Positions 20,201 to 33,300 of a stretch of DNA of 64,000 nt are shown in pieces (positions within the stretch are counted from its first letter, which is position 1; each line of letters starts with the position of its first letter). The position numbers and the translations under genes were made by a program. The notes below the pieces were generated by a model. That model saw only the letters and a list, made by a program, of their open reading frames with translations, ran no database searches and was not told the DNA's origin. This DNA is from Macrostomum lignano (taxonomy: Eukaryota), in NCBI GenBank assembly GCA_002269645.1, contig NIVC01001811.1:62001-126000 (forward strand). Reading direction: 5' to 3'.

Positions 20201-22773
20201 CTTGTCTAACAGGTGTGTGACACTGTCTAACAGGTGTGTGACACTGTCTAACAGGTGTGTGTCAAGCTGTTTTGCATCCGAAGTAAGGTCCCTTGCTAGT
20301 CCATGAACTTAATTTAAGATTTGGATAATTTTCTCGCAAATAAGTTTTCCAACCAGCTGAAAACGGATACAAAAGACTGTGACGCAACCAAGGCAAGACT
20401 GATGCGGAGAAATCAGCAACAAGGAGCTGCGTGACCAACTGACCACTTGATAGACCGGACAGACAGAACCGCTAATTCAATGGGACTCCGCAGCCCTCCC
20501 AGCACACTTCACAGACCGCCAGAGCCCTTGTTGGTCGTGGCAACAGAACATTTTTCGAATCCCGGAAAGTTTTACTCGAAAAGGTTGGTTAAAAAACTGA
20601 AATATCCCCGAGAAAGTCAGCCGGCAAATTGTGGATTTCAGCATTTAGTCACGTTTTGACTTTATTTTTGCCCAGTAAGTTTCAAAGAACAGAAGTTCCT
20701 GGTGAAAAGAATCACGTTTTGAAATTCAGGATTCATAATTTAGTGAACAGCTGTTCAAAAGAATTTCTGGGGATATTGCAGACCCACTAGGGATGTCACA
20801 GACTCACTGAGAATTTTGCAGACTTGCTGAGGATTTCACAGACTCACTGAGGGATCCAACAGACTCACTGGGGATGTCACAGACTCACTGGGGATGTCAC
20901 AGACTCACTGGGGATGTCACAGACTCACTGGGAATGTCACAGACTCACTGGGAATGTCACAGACTCACTAAGAATGTCACAGATTCACTGAGGATGTCAC
21001 AGACTCACTGGGGATGTCACAGACTCACTAAGAATGTCACAGATTCACTGAGGATGTCACAGATTCACTGAGGATGTCACAGACTCACTGGGAATGTCAC
21101 AGACTCACTAAGAATGTCACAGACTCACTAAGAATGTCACAGATTCACTGAGGATGTCACAGATTCACTGAGGATGTCACAGATTCACTGAGGATGTCAC
21201 AGACTCACTAGGGATGTCACAGATTCACTGAGGATGTCACAGATTCACTGAGGATGTCACAGATTCACTGAGAATGTCACAGACTCACTAGGGATGTCAC
21301 AGATTCACTGAGGATGTCACAGATTCACTGAGGATGTCACAGATTCACTGAGGATGTCACAGATTCACTGAGGATGTCACAGATTCACTGAGGATGTCAC
21401 AGATTCACTGAGGATGTCACAGATTCACTGAGGATGTCACAGATTCACTGAGGATCACAGACTCACTAGGGATGTCACAGATTCACTGAGGATGTCACAG
21501 ATTCACTGAGGATGTCACAGATTCACTGAGGATGTCACAGATTCACTGAGGATGTCACAGACTCACTAGGGATGTCACAGATTCACTGAGGATGTCACAG
21601 ATTCACTGAAGATGTCACAGATTCACTGAGGATGTCACATATTCACTGAGGATGTCACAGATTCACTGAGGATGTCACAGATTCACTGAGGATGTCACAG
21701 ATTCACTGAGGATGTCACAGATTCACTGAGGAGGTCACAGATTCACTTAGGATGTCACAGATTCACTGAGGATGTCACAGATTCACTAAGGATGTCACAG
21801 ATTCACTGAGGATGTCACAGATTCACTAAGGATGTCACAGATTCACTGAGGATGTCACAGATTCACTGAGGATGTCACAGACTCACTGGGGATCACGGAT
21901 GACGATCACAGCCTCTCTAGGATTACAGATGACGATCACAGACTCTCTGGGATCACGGATGATGATGACAATATCCCCCCAGGTCTCACCGGTGTAGTCG
22001 CACAGGTGGCAGGCGAAGATCCCGTGAGCATCACCGTCTGCAGTCGCCGCGGCCGCCTCCGCTTTGCCGACCGCGGCCTCCTGATCCTCGTCCACCTCAT
22101 CATCGAGGTCGTCAAGATCCTCAACAACCTCGTCTTCTTCCAGCTCGTCAGCAAGTTGATCCTCCTCGTCAAATTCAAAGTAGGCCACTGATGTGGAAGT
22201 CGCCGCTGCATCCGTCGGCTGCTTCGTTGTCTCCGACGACCCGGTTGCCATGGAAACGCTTGTTGTCGCTGTCGGAGTTTTCGGCGGCGACAAGCCGGAC
22301 TCGATCGAGAAGGCGGCCAGCTCGACGTCAGCGCTGAACGTCCGCTCTTCGCACGAGCGACCTCGTTCTGGTTCGGGGAAATCCTCTCGAGTCTTGGGAT
22401 CATTTGGTCGCAGCCGGTGCTCCGCATTTTCGTCCGGGTCATCTTGGCACGATTCCGAATCTGGCGAAGCGGACTGCGCTGATTGGCTGGCTGTGGCCTG
22501 CGATGCAGATGACGTGGCGAACGCTGATTGGCTGGTGCAGCGCCTACAAAAGTATATTGATTGGTAGAAAAAACGATTGGATACGTGTATCGAATAATGG
22601 TTAAATTTAGTAGCGAGCATTTCTTACACTTTATTACTGTAGTTTGTCTCAATAGAAAAGTATGAATAAAAATCGACTTGATCATTAAAAGCTTACTTAT
22701 CCGCGACATCGTGACGCAGCTGCCTCGGATAATTTCCATCATCGCGAGTGCTCTGTCCGTGAGCTAGAAACAT
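17297..22773 (-). CDS. hb: Hunchback C2H2 zinc-finger transcription factor (8 fingers); exons 22697-22773 (tentative), 21990-22543, 19136-19780, 17297-17978; 1-nt frameshift at 19722-19725
   Basis: The central fingers match Hb: [60 protein letters not shown]...HLRKYGH.P...LN.DG. C-terminal pair: [17 protein letters not shown]...PF.C..CG....DR.EFF.HLAR.PH. Splice phases are consistent (2,1,2). Confidence 0.93.
17999..19110. repeat. 15-bp minisatellite (GAGAGACAGGACTG[G/A])n in hb intron
   Basis: Directly visible. Source of the RD/SP-rich pseudo-ORFs. Confidence 0.96.
19815..20260. repeat. 20-21-bp minisatellite (GTCTAACAGGTGTGTGACACT)n in hb intron
   Basis: Directly visible. Confidence 0.93.
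20780..21975. repeat. 20-bp minisatellite (GAGGATGTCACAGATTCACT)n in hb intron
   Basis: Directly visible. Grades into ggatcacggatgacgatcac variants next to the donor site. Confidence 0.95.
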
Positions 22774-23149
22774 GACTTTAGGCGCAGGTGCGGCTAAAGG
22801 TGCGGTAGTTCCTATATGCCTTATGATATTTCTGCTAATAACTCTGCAGCTCACTCTTCTGCTTTATCTGTCTGCTTCTTTCGTCTCTCCTGTTCTCTCT
22901 TTTTCTATCTTTAGCAGAAATTCAAAACCCCGGTGGTCAATCCCCCCCCAGTTCTATTTTGCTGGGCTACCGCAACCCCTCCTCTCTCACCGCCGTCAGC
23001 TCCTACGCAATCGCCCTCAGACCCCATGCGGGGGTGCTGTGACGCAACACTGGCTGACCAACCAAGCGGGGTTGGGGAGGCAAAACACAGTTTATTGGCC
23101 AGCAGTGCAGCGGTTGACTGAACTGCTTCTGGTCTGCTCTGGGAGTCTG

Positions 23150-25425
23150 TCCTAGTGTCTGTCTCAGTGTCTGTCCTAGTGTCTGTCTCAGTGTCTGTCC
23201 TAGTGTCTGTCTCAGTGTCTGTCCTAGTGTCTGTCCTAGTGTCTGTCCTAGTGTCTGTCTCAGTGTCTGTCCTAGTGCCTGTCCTAGTGTCTGTCCTAGT
23301 GCCTGTCCTAGTGCCTGTCCTAGTGCCTGTCCTAGTGCCTGTCCTAGTGCCTGTCCTAGTGTCTGTCTCAGTGTCTGTCCTAGTGTCTGTCCTATTGTCT
23401 GTCCTAGTGTCTGTCCTAGTGTCTGTCCTAGTGTCTGTCCTAGTGTCTGTCCTAGTGTCTGTCCTAGTGTCTGTCCTAGTGTCTGTCTCAGTGTCTGTCT
23501 CAGTGTCTGTCCTAGTGTCTGTCCTAGTGTCTGTCCTAGTGTCTGTCCTAGTGTCTGTCCTAGTGCCTGTCCTAGTGTCTGTCCTAGTGTCTGTCTCAGT
23601 GTCTGTCTCAGTGTCTGTCCTAGTGTCTGTCCTAGTGTCTCTCCTAGTGTCTGTCCTAGTGTCTGTCCTAGTGTCTATCCTAGTGTCTGTCCTAGTGTCT
23701 GTCCTAGTGTCTGTCCTAGTGTCTGTCCTAGTGTCTGTCCTAGTGTCTGTCCTAGTGTCTGTCTCAGTGTCTGTCTCAGTGTCTGCCCTAGTGTCTGTCC
23801 TAGTGTCTGTCCTAGTGTCTGCAGTATCTGTCCTAGTGTCTGTCCTAGTGTCTGTCCTAGTGTCTGTCCTAGTGTCTGTCCTAGTGTCTGTCTCAGTGTC
23901 TGTCTCAGTGTCTGCCCTAGTGTCTGTCCTAGTGTCTGTCCTAGTGTCTGTCCTAGTGTCTGTCCTAGTGTCTGTCCTAGTGTCTGTCCTAGTGTCTGTC
24001 CTAGTGTCTGTCCTAGTGTGTGTCCTAGTGTGTGTCCTAGTGTCTGTCCTAGTGTCTATCCTAGTGTCTGTCCTAGTGTGTGTCCTAGTGTGTGTCCTAG
24101 TGTGTGTCCTAGTGTCTGTCCTAGTGTCTGTCCTAGTGTCTGTCCTAGTGTCTGTCCTAGTGTCTGCAGTATCTGTCCTGTCCTAGTGTCTGTCCTAGTG
24201 TCTGTCCTAGTGCCTGTCCTATTGTCTGTCCTAGTGTCTGTCCTAGTGTCTGTCCTAGTGTCTGTCCTAGTGTCTGTCCTAGTGTCTGTCCTAGTGTCTG
24301 CAGTATCTGTCCTGTCCTAGTGTCTGTCCTAGTGTCTGTCCTAGTGTCTGTCCTAGTGTCTGTCCTAGTGTCTGTCCTAGTGTGTGTCCTAGTGTGTGTC
24401 CTAGTGTCTGTCCTAGTGTCTGTCCTAGTGTGTGTCCTAGTGTGTGTCCTAGTGTCTGTCCTAGTGTCTGCAGTATCTGTCCTGTCCTAGTGTCTGTCCT
24501 AGTGTCTGTCCTAGTGCCTGTCCTATTGTCTGTCCTAGTGTCTGTCCTAGTGTCTGTCCTAGTGTCTGTCCTAGTGTCTGTCCTAGTGTCTGTCCTAGTG
24601 TCTGTCCTAGTGTCTGTCCTAGTGTCTGTCCTAGTGTCTATCCTAGTGTCTGTCCTAGTGTCTGTCCTAGTGTCTGTCCTAGTGTCTGTCCTAGTGTCTG
24701 TCCTAGTGTCTGTCCTAGTGTCTGTCTCAGTGTCTGTCTCAGTGTCTGCCCTAGTGTCTGTCCTAGTGTCTGTCCTAGTGTCTGCAGTATCTGTCCTGTC
24801 CTAGTGTCTGTCCTAGTGTCTATCCTAGTGTCTGTCCTAGTGTGTGTCCTAGTGTGTGTCCTAGTGTGTGTCCTAGTGTCTGTCCTAGTGTCTGTCCTAG
24901 TGTCTGTCCTAGTGTCTGTCCTAGTGTCTGCAGTATCTGTCCTGTCCTAGTGTCTGTCCTAGTGTCTGTCCTAGTGCCTGTCCTATTGTCTGTCCTAGTG
25001 TCTGTCCTAGTGTCTGTCCTAGTGTCTGTCCTAGTGTCTGTCCTAGTGTCTGTCCTAATGTCTATCCTAGTGTCTGTCCTAGTGTCTGTCCTAATGTCTG
25101 TCCTAGTGTCTGTCCTAGTGTCTGTCCTAGTGTCTGCAGTATCTGTCCTGTCCTAGTGTCTGTCCTAGTGTCTGTCCTAGTGCCTGTCCTATTGTCTGTC
25201 CTAGTGTCTGTCCTAGTGTCTGTCCTAGTGTCTGTCCTAGTGTCTGTCCTAGTGTCTGTCCTAGTGTCTGTCCTAGTGTCTGTCCTAATGTCTATCCTAG
25301 TGTCTGTCCTAGTGTCTGTCCTAATGTCTGTCCTAGTGTCTGTCCTAGTGCCTGTCCTATTGTCTGTCCTAGTGTCTGTCCTAGTGTCTGTCCTAATGTC
25401 TGTCCTAGTGTCTGTCTCAGTGTCT
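23150..25425. repeat. 12-bp satellite (GTCCTAGTGTCT)n, array 1 (further arrays at ~28260-30305 and ~32820-34000)
   Basis: Directly visible, with variant units CTCAGTGTCTGT and GCAGTATCT. Confidence 0.95.
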
Positions 25426-28400
25426 GCCTGCGTTGGCATCTGTGCCTATCAGACAAGCTGTGTGCAGGCCAGAAATGAAACTGAGAGAAAAAAAAATTCT
25501 TTTGCAGTTTTTACTTCTTTTTCATCAATTGCAAATAAAAAATGAAGTCCTTGCGGACGTGGATGTTCTGTGCGCATTGCGCAACAGAATTATTTAAGAA
25601 CGGGGAACAGGATTGCGAAATCCTCAACGTCTCAATGGCCTCATCTTTTGTCTTAGATTTCAATTTTGCTTCTAAATTTTCATACACAGTTTTTTATTAC
25701 GGGGGAAATTCGTTGACGCAAAAAAGTGGAGGAAAGAATGACAGAGAGGCTCTGATTGATTGATCAGTGTTGTTGCGACACACCTTGCCATGTCTGTTGA
25801 GCAATCAGCACCCCATGCTGTCTGTTTAATAACTGCGATAGAATTTCTCTCGAGTCTAGAAGCATTTCACAGTTTAATTAAACCTTTTAACGGTGGGCAA
25901 TTTTTTATTTAATCAATTTTTCCTGTTGCTTAAATAGACTTGGGTCCGCTATGCTGTTGCGTAATTGAATTGTAAAACGTGAAAAATCTATAGTTTGTTA
26001 AAGGTTTATTTTGAGTGAGTTGAGTGCTTAACATAGGAAAGGACAGAGGGGGAGAGCGGGAGGGAGAGGAGGAGAGAGCGGAAAGAAGAGAAGGGGAGAG
26101 CGGAAAGAAGAGAATGGGAGAGCGGAAAGAAGAGAAGGAGAGAGCGGAAAGAAGAGAAGGAGAGGGCGGAAAGAAGAGAAGGAGAGAGCGGAAAGAAGAC
26201 AAGAGAGAGCGGAAAGAAGAGAAGGACGGAGCGGAAAGAAGAGAAGGAGAGAGCGGAAAGAAGAGAAGGAGAGAGCGGAAAGAAGAGAAGAGAGAGCGGA
26301 AAGAAGAGAGGAGAGAGCGGAAAGAAGAGAGGAGAGAGCGAAAAGAAGAGAGGGAGAGAGCGGGCAGCGGTAACCCCTGCAGAACAGGTGCCTCAGCAGC
26401 ACGCACCTTCTTATCAGATCTCAGCGCAACCACTTGTAAACAGTTGCTTTAAAGAAGTTTGCAAAGCCACCCAACCATGGGCGCCTAGCGGTCTTACAAA
26501 CTTGAAGCTGGACACCCTGACTAACTTTTACGCAACACAATTGCTGATGAAGCTGACTCGAGGAGCCTGGATAGATTGGGGGGGGGGAAGACAGACCCCC
26601 CGCAGAATGACGTTTGAAAATTTTCAGTTCTGTCCTTCAGCCACTTGTAATCAGGCAATAAATCATTCAGTTTGCGCAATGCAGGTTGCCAAGCGACTGT
26701 GCTGTTGCGTCATCAGAATACTCTCTGGTTTCGACTTTCGACTTTCGCTGTAAACAGGGCAATGAGTGAAACAATTAATTTTATCGCACTTATTTTTAAT
26801 TATTTATATAACTATTTCCACCTGTCCAGATTAATTAGATCTTTTCAAACAGTTGCGGTTTTAAGACACCTGCAGCTTTTCAACTGCTATATTTCTAGCC
26901 CAAAATTTCCCGGAATGAACCGCGTATTGCATGGAAAACTTGCACTGCACACCTTGACCTTTGGGTTTGATAATTATCACATTGAATTTATCTACTCTCA
27001 GCTGTCTACTTATCTACCCTCAGTTGTCTACTTATCTACCCTCAGCTGTTTACTTATCTACCCTCAGTTGTCTATTTATCTACCCTCAGCTGTTTACTTA
27101 TCTACCCTCAGTTGTCTATTTATCTACCCTCAGTTGTCTACTTATCTACCCTCAGTTGTCTACTTATCTACCCTCAGCTGTTTACTTATCTACCCTCAGT
27201 TGTCTATTTATCTACCCTCAGTTGTCTACTTATCTACCCTCAGCTGTTTACTTATCTACCCTCAGTTGTCTACTTATCTACCCTCAGTTGTCTACTTATC
27301 TACCCTCAGCTGTTTACTTATCTACCCTCAGTTGTCTATTTATCTACCCTCAGTTGTCTATTTATCTACCCTCAGCTGTTTACTTATCTACCCTCAGTTG
27401 TCTATTTATCTACCCTCAGCTGTTTACTTATCTACCCTCAGTTGTCTATTTATCTACCCTCAGTTGTCTACTTATCTACCCTCAGTTGTCTACTTATCTA
27501 CCCTCAGTTGTCTATTTATCTACCCTCAGCTGTCTACTTATCTACCCTCAGTTGTCTATTTATCTACCCTCAGTTGTCTATTTATCTACCCTCAGCTGTC
27601 TACTTATCTACCCTCAGTTGTCTATTTATCTACCCTCAGCTGTCTACTTATCTACCCTCAGCTGTCTATTTATCTACCCTCAGCTGTCTACTTATCTACC
27701 CTAAATTGTCTACTTATCTACCCTCAGCTGTCTATGCATCCCCCGAATAGCTATCTACTCACACTGTCTAGAGCTCTTTCATACAACCTTCGAATGTCTT
27801 CTAGCTGACCTTCAGACTGAACTGCAGTCTGTTTTAACCGACAAACAATGTAAAAATGAATGACAAAAAATTCTCGAAAAAAGGCTGCCAGACCACCAAA
27901 AGGCTCGTAAAATTACAGGCCGAAGCGCGTCAAACCGAGTTCGTTTTTGGTTTTAGCAGTTTCAGCCGCCTCAGAATTTTTTTCCGAACAATTCGAATAC
28001 TGCTTCGAGTCGAGCTCGCTATTACGTAATCGAATGCTGGATACGAGAGACTCGGTATGAGACAGAAACAACAACGAAGAAATGAAGATTAAGTCTGGCA
28101 AGTGTCCGACCGCGCGAGAAGGGCCGCGGCTGCGCCAGGGACTACTATAGAAAGCAATCTTGATGCTGGACTGGAAACCCGAAAATTTAGAAAAAAAAGG
28201 TGGACTATTGCGCGCTTATATATCTTTCATAGCATTAGCTTGTGTCTGTGCGTGTGTCATGGTGTCTGTCTTTATGTCTGCTAGTGTCAGTCTTAGTGTT
28301 TCCTATAGTGTCTGTCCTAGTGCCTGTCTTTATGTCTGCTAGTGTCAGTCTTAGTGTTTCCTATAGTGTCTGTCCCAGTGTCTGTCTTTATGTCTGCTAG

Positions 28401-31400
28401 TGTCAGTCTTAGTGTTTCCTATAGTGTCTGTCCCAGTGTCTGTCTCATTGTCTTTATCAGTGTCTGTCTCAGTGTCTGTCTCTGTGTCTGTCTCAGTGTC
28501 TGTCTCAGTGTCTGTCTCAGTGTCTGTCTCAGTGTCTGTCTCAGTGTCTGTCTTAGTGTCTGTCTCAGTGTCTGTCTCATTGTCTGTCTCATTGTCTTTA
28601 TCAGTGTCTCTCTCAGTGTCTGTCTCAGTGTCTGTCTCAGTGTCTGTCCTAGTGTCTGTCCTAGTGTCTGTCCTAGTGTCTGTCCTAGTGTCTGTCCTAG
28701 TGTCTGTCCTAGTGTCTGTCTCAGTGTCTGTCTCAGTGTCTGCCCTAGTGTCTGTCCTAGTGTCTGTCCTAGTGTCTGTCCTAGTGTCTATCCTAGTGTC
28801 TGTCCTAGTGTCTGTCCTAGTGTCTGTCTCAGTGTCTGTCCCAGTGTCTGTCCTAGTGTCTGTCCTAGTGTCTGTCCTAGTGTCTGTCCTAGTGTCTGTC
28901 CTAGTGTCTGTCCTAGTGTCTGTCCTAGTGTCTGTCCTAGTGTCTGTCTCAGTGTCTGTCTCAGTGTCTGCCCTAGTGTCTGTCCTAGTGTCTGTCCTAG
29001 TGTCTGTCCTAGTGTCTGTCCTAGTGTCTGTCCTAGTGTCTGTCCTAGTGTCTGTCCTAGTGTCTGTCCTAGTGTGTGTCCTAGTGTGTGTCCTAGTGTC
29101 TGTCCTAGTGTCTGTCCTAGTGTCTGTCCTAGTGTGTGTCCTAGTGTGTGTCCTAGTGTGTGTCCTAGTGTCTGTCCTAGTGTGTGTCCTAGTGTCTGTC
29201 CTAGTGTCTGTCCTAGTGTCTGCAGTATCTGTCCTGTCCTAGTGTCTGTCCTAGTGTCTGTCCTAGTGTCTGTCCTAGTGTCTGTCCTAGTGTCTGCAGT
29301 ATCTGTCCTAGTGTCTGTCCTAGTGTCTGTCCTAGTGTCTGTCCTAGTGTCTGCAGTATCTGTCCTGTCCTAGTGTCTGTCCTAGTGTCTGTCCTAGTGT
29401 CTGTCCTAGTGTCTGTCCTAGTGTCTGTCCTAGTGTGTGTCCTAGTGTGTGTCCTAGTGTGTGTCCTAGTGTCTGTCCTAGTGTGTGTCCTAGTGTGTGT
29501 CCTAGTGTCTGTCCTAGTGTCTGCAGTATCTGTCCTGTCCTAGTGTCTGTCCTAGTGTCTGTCCTAGTGCCTGTCCTAGTGTCTGTCCTAGTGTCTGTCC
29601 TAGTGTCTGTCCTAGTGTCTGTCCTAGTGTCTGTCCTAGTGTCTGTCCTAGTGTCTGTCCTAGTGTCTGTCCTAGTGTCTGTCCTAGTGTCTGTCCTAGT
29701 GTCTATCCTAGTGTCTGTCCTAGTGTCTGTCCTAGTGTCTGTCCTAGTGTCTGTCCTAGTGTCTGTCCTAGTGTCTGTCCTAGTGTCTGTCTCAGTGTCT
29801 GTCTCAGTGTCTGCCCTAGTGTCTGTCCTAGTGTCTGTCCTAGTGTCTGCAGTATCTGTCCTGTCCTAGTGTCTGTCCTAGTGTCTATCCTAGTGTCTGT
29901 CCTAGTGTGTGTCCTAGTGTGTGTCCTAGTGTGTGTCCTAGTGTCTGTCCTAGTGTCTGTCCTAGTGTCTGTCCTAGTGTCTGCAGTATCTGTCCTGTCC
30001 TAGTGTCTGTCCTAGTGTCTGTCCTAGTGCCTGTCCTATTGTCTGTCCTAGTGTCTGTCCTAGTGTCTGTCCTAGTGTCTGTCCTAGTGTCTGTCCTAGT
30101 GTCTATCCTAGTGTCTGTCCTAGTGTCTGTCCTAGTGTCTGTCCTAATGTCTGTCCTAGTGTCTGTCCTAGTGTCTGTCCTAGTGTCTGTCTCAGTGTCT
30201 GTCTCAGTGTCTGCCCTAGTGTCTGTCCTAGTGTCTGTCCTAGTGTCTGTCCTAGTGTCTGTCCTAGTGTCTGTCCTAATGTCTGTCCTAGTGTCTGTCT
30301 CAGTGTCTGCCTGCGTTGGCATCTGTGCCTATCAGACAAGCTGTGTGCAGGCCAGAAATGAAACTGAGAGAAAAAAAAATTCTTTTGCAGTTTTTACTTC
30401 TTTTTCATCAATTGCAAATAAAAAATGAAGTCCTTGCGGACGTGGATGTTCTGTGCGCATTGCGCAACAGAATTATTTAAGAACGGGGAACAGGATTGCG
30501 AAATCCTCAACGTCTCAATGGCCTCATCTTTTGTCTTAGATTTCAATTTTGCTTCTAAATTTTCATACACAGTTTTTTATTACGGGGGAAATTCGTTGAC
30601 GCAAAAAAGTGGAGGAAAGAATGACAGAGAGGCTCTGATTGATTGATCAGTGTTGTTGCGACACACCTTGCCATGCCTGTTGAGCAATCAGCACCCCATG
30701 CTGTCTGTTTAATAACTGCGATAGAATTTCTCTCGAGTCTAGAAGCATTTCACAGTTTAATTACGAGCGTAAATCTTTTAACGTTGGGCAATTTTTTTTA
30801 ATCAATTTTTCCTGTTGCTTAAATAGACTTGGGTCCGCTGTGCTGTTGCGTCATTGAATTGTAAAACGTGAAAAATCTATAGTTTGTTAAAGGTTTATTT
30901 TGAGTGAGTTGAGTGCTTAACATAGGAAAGGACAGAGGGGGAGAGCGGGAGGGAGAGGAGGAGAGAGCGGAAAGAAGAGAAGGGGAGAGCGGAAAGAAGA
31001 GAAGGGGAGAGCGGAAAGAAGAGAAGGAGAGAGCGGAAAGAAGAGAAGGAGAGGGCGGAAAGAAGAGAAGGAGAGAGCGGAAAGAAGACAAGAGAGAGCG
31101 GAAAGAAGAGAAGGACGGAGCGGAAAGAAGAGAAGGAGAGAGCGGAAAGAAGAGAAGAGAGAGCGGAAAGAAGAGAGGAGAGAGCGGAAAGAAGAGAGGA
31201 GAGAGCGAAAAGAAGAGAGGGAGAGAGCGGGCAGCGGTAACCCCTGCAGAACAGGTGCCTCAGCAGCACGCACCTTCTTATCAGATCTCAGCGCAACCAC
31301 TTGTAAACAGTTGCTTTAAAGAAGTTTGCAAAGCCACCCAACCATGGGCGCCTAGCGGTCTTACAAACTTGAAGCTGGACACCCTGACTAACTTTTACGC

Positions 31401-33300
31401 AACACAATTGCTGATGAAGCTGACTCGAGGAGCCTGGATAGATTGGGGGGGGGGGGAAGACAGACCCCCCGCAGAATGACGTTTGAAAATTTTCAGTTCT
31501 GTCCTTCAGCCACTTGTAATCAGGCAATAAATCATTCAGTTTGCGCAATGCAGGTTGCCAAGCGACTGTGCTGTTGCGTCATCAGAATACTCTCTGGTTT
31601 CGACTTTCGACTTTCGCTGTAAACAGGGCAATGAGTGAAACAATTAATTTTATCGCACTTATTTTTAATTATTTATATAACTATTTCCACCTGTCCAGAT
31701 TAATTAGATCTTTTCAAACAGTTGCGGTTTTAAGACACCTGCAGCTTTTCAACTGCTATATTTCTAGCCCAAAATTTCCCGGAATGAACCGCGTATTGCA
31801 TGGAAAACTTGCACTGCACACCTTGACCTTTGGGTTTGATAATTATCACATTGAATTTATCTACTCTCAGCTGTCTACTTATCTACCCTCAGTTGTCTAC
31901 TTATCTACCCTCAGCTGTTTACTTATCTACCCTCAGTTGTCTATTTATCTACCCTCAGCTGTTTACTTATCTACCCTCAGTTGTCTATTTATCTACCCTC
32001 AGTTGTCTACTTATCTACCCTCAGTTGTCTACTTATCTACCCTCAGCTGTTTACTTATCTACCCTCAGTTGTCTATTTATCTACCCTCAGTTGTCTACTT
32101 ATCTACCCTCAGCTGTTTACTTATCTACCCTCAGTTGTCTACTTATCTACCCTCAGTTGTCTACTTATCTACCCTCAGCTGTTTACTTATCTACCCTCAG
32201 TTGTCTATTTATCTACCCTCAGTTGTCTATTTATCTACCCTCAGCTGTTTACTTATCTACCCTAAATTGTCTACTTATCTACCCTCAGCTGTCTATGCAT
32301 CCCCCGAATAGCTATCTACTCACACTGTCTAGAGCTCTTTCATACAACCTTCGAATGTCTTCTAGCTGACCTTCAGACTGAACTGCAGTCTGTTTTAACC
32401 GACAAACAATGTAAAAATGAATGACAAAAAATTCTCGAAAAAAGGCTGCCAGACCACCAAAAGGCTCGTAAAATTACAGGCCGAAGCGCGTCAAACCGAG
32501 TTCGTTTTTGGTTTTAGCAGTTTCAGCCGCCTCAGAATTTTTTTCCGAACAATTCGAATACTGCTTCGAGTCGAGCTCGCTATTACGTAATCGAATGCTG
32601 GATACGAGAGACTCGGTATGAGACAGAAACAACAACGAAGAAATGAAGATTAAGTCTGGCAAGTGTCCGACCGCGCGAGAAGGGCCGCGGCTGCGCCAGG
32701 GACTACTATAGAAAGCAATCTTGATGCTGGACTGGAAACCCGAAAATTTAGAAAAAAAGGTGGACTATTGCGCGCTTATATATCTTTCATAGCATTAGCT
32801 TGTGTCTGTGCGTGTGTCATGGTGTCTGTCTTTATGTCTGCTAGTGTCAGTCTTAGTGTTTCCTATAGTGTCTGTCCTAGTGCCTGTCTTTATGTCTGCT
32901 AGTGTCAGTCTTAGTGTTTCCTATAGTGTCTGTCCCAGTGTCTGTCTTTATGTCTGCTAGTGTCAGTCTTAGTGTTTCCTATAGTGTCTGTCCCAGTGTC
33001 TGTCTCATTGTCTTTATCAGTGTCTGTCTCAGTGTCTGTCTCTGTGTCTGTCTCAGTGTCTGTCTCAGTGTCTGTCTCAGTGTCTGTCTCAGTGTCTGTC
33101 TCAGTGTCTGTCTTAGTGTCTGTCTCAGTGTCTGTCTCATTGTCTGTCTCATTGTCTTTATCAGTGTCTCTCTCAGTGTCTGTCTCAGTGTCTGTCTCAG
33201 TGTCTGTCCTAGTGTCTGTCCTAGTGTCTGTCCTAGTGTCTGTCCTAGTGTCTGTCCTAGTGTCTGTCCTAGTGTCTGTCTCAGTGTCTGTCTCAGTGTC
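23700..33300. repeat. tandem segmental duplication, two copies of a ~4.6-4.9 kb unit
   Basis: Unique blocks 25420-26035, 26360-26990 and 27730-28260 recur at 30305-30925, 31225-31860 and 32290-32820. The ORF track shows duplicated ORFs (25542/30425, 26672/31541, 27913/32474). Breakpoints lie inside the satellite and are approximate. Confidence 0.92.
26990..27730. repeat. 22-bp minisatellite (TATCTACCCTCAGTTGTCTACT)n; shorter copy at 31860-32290
   Basis: Directly visible. Confidence 0.95.
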
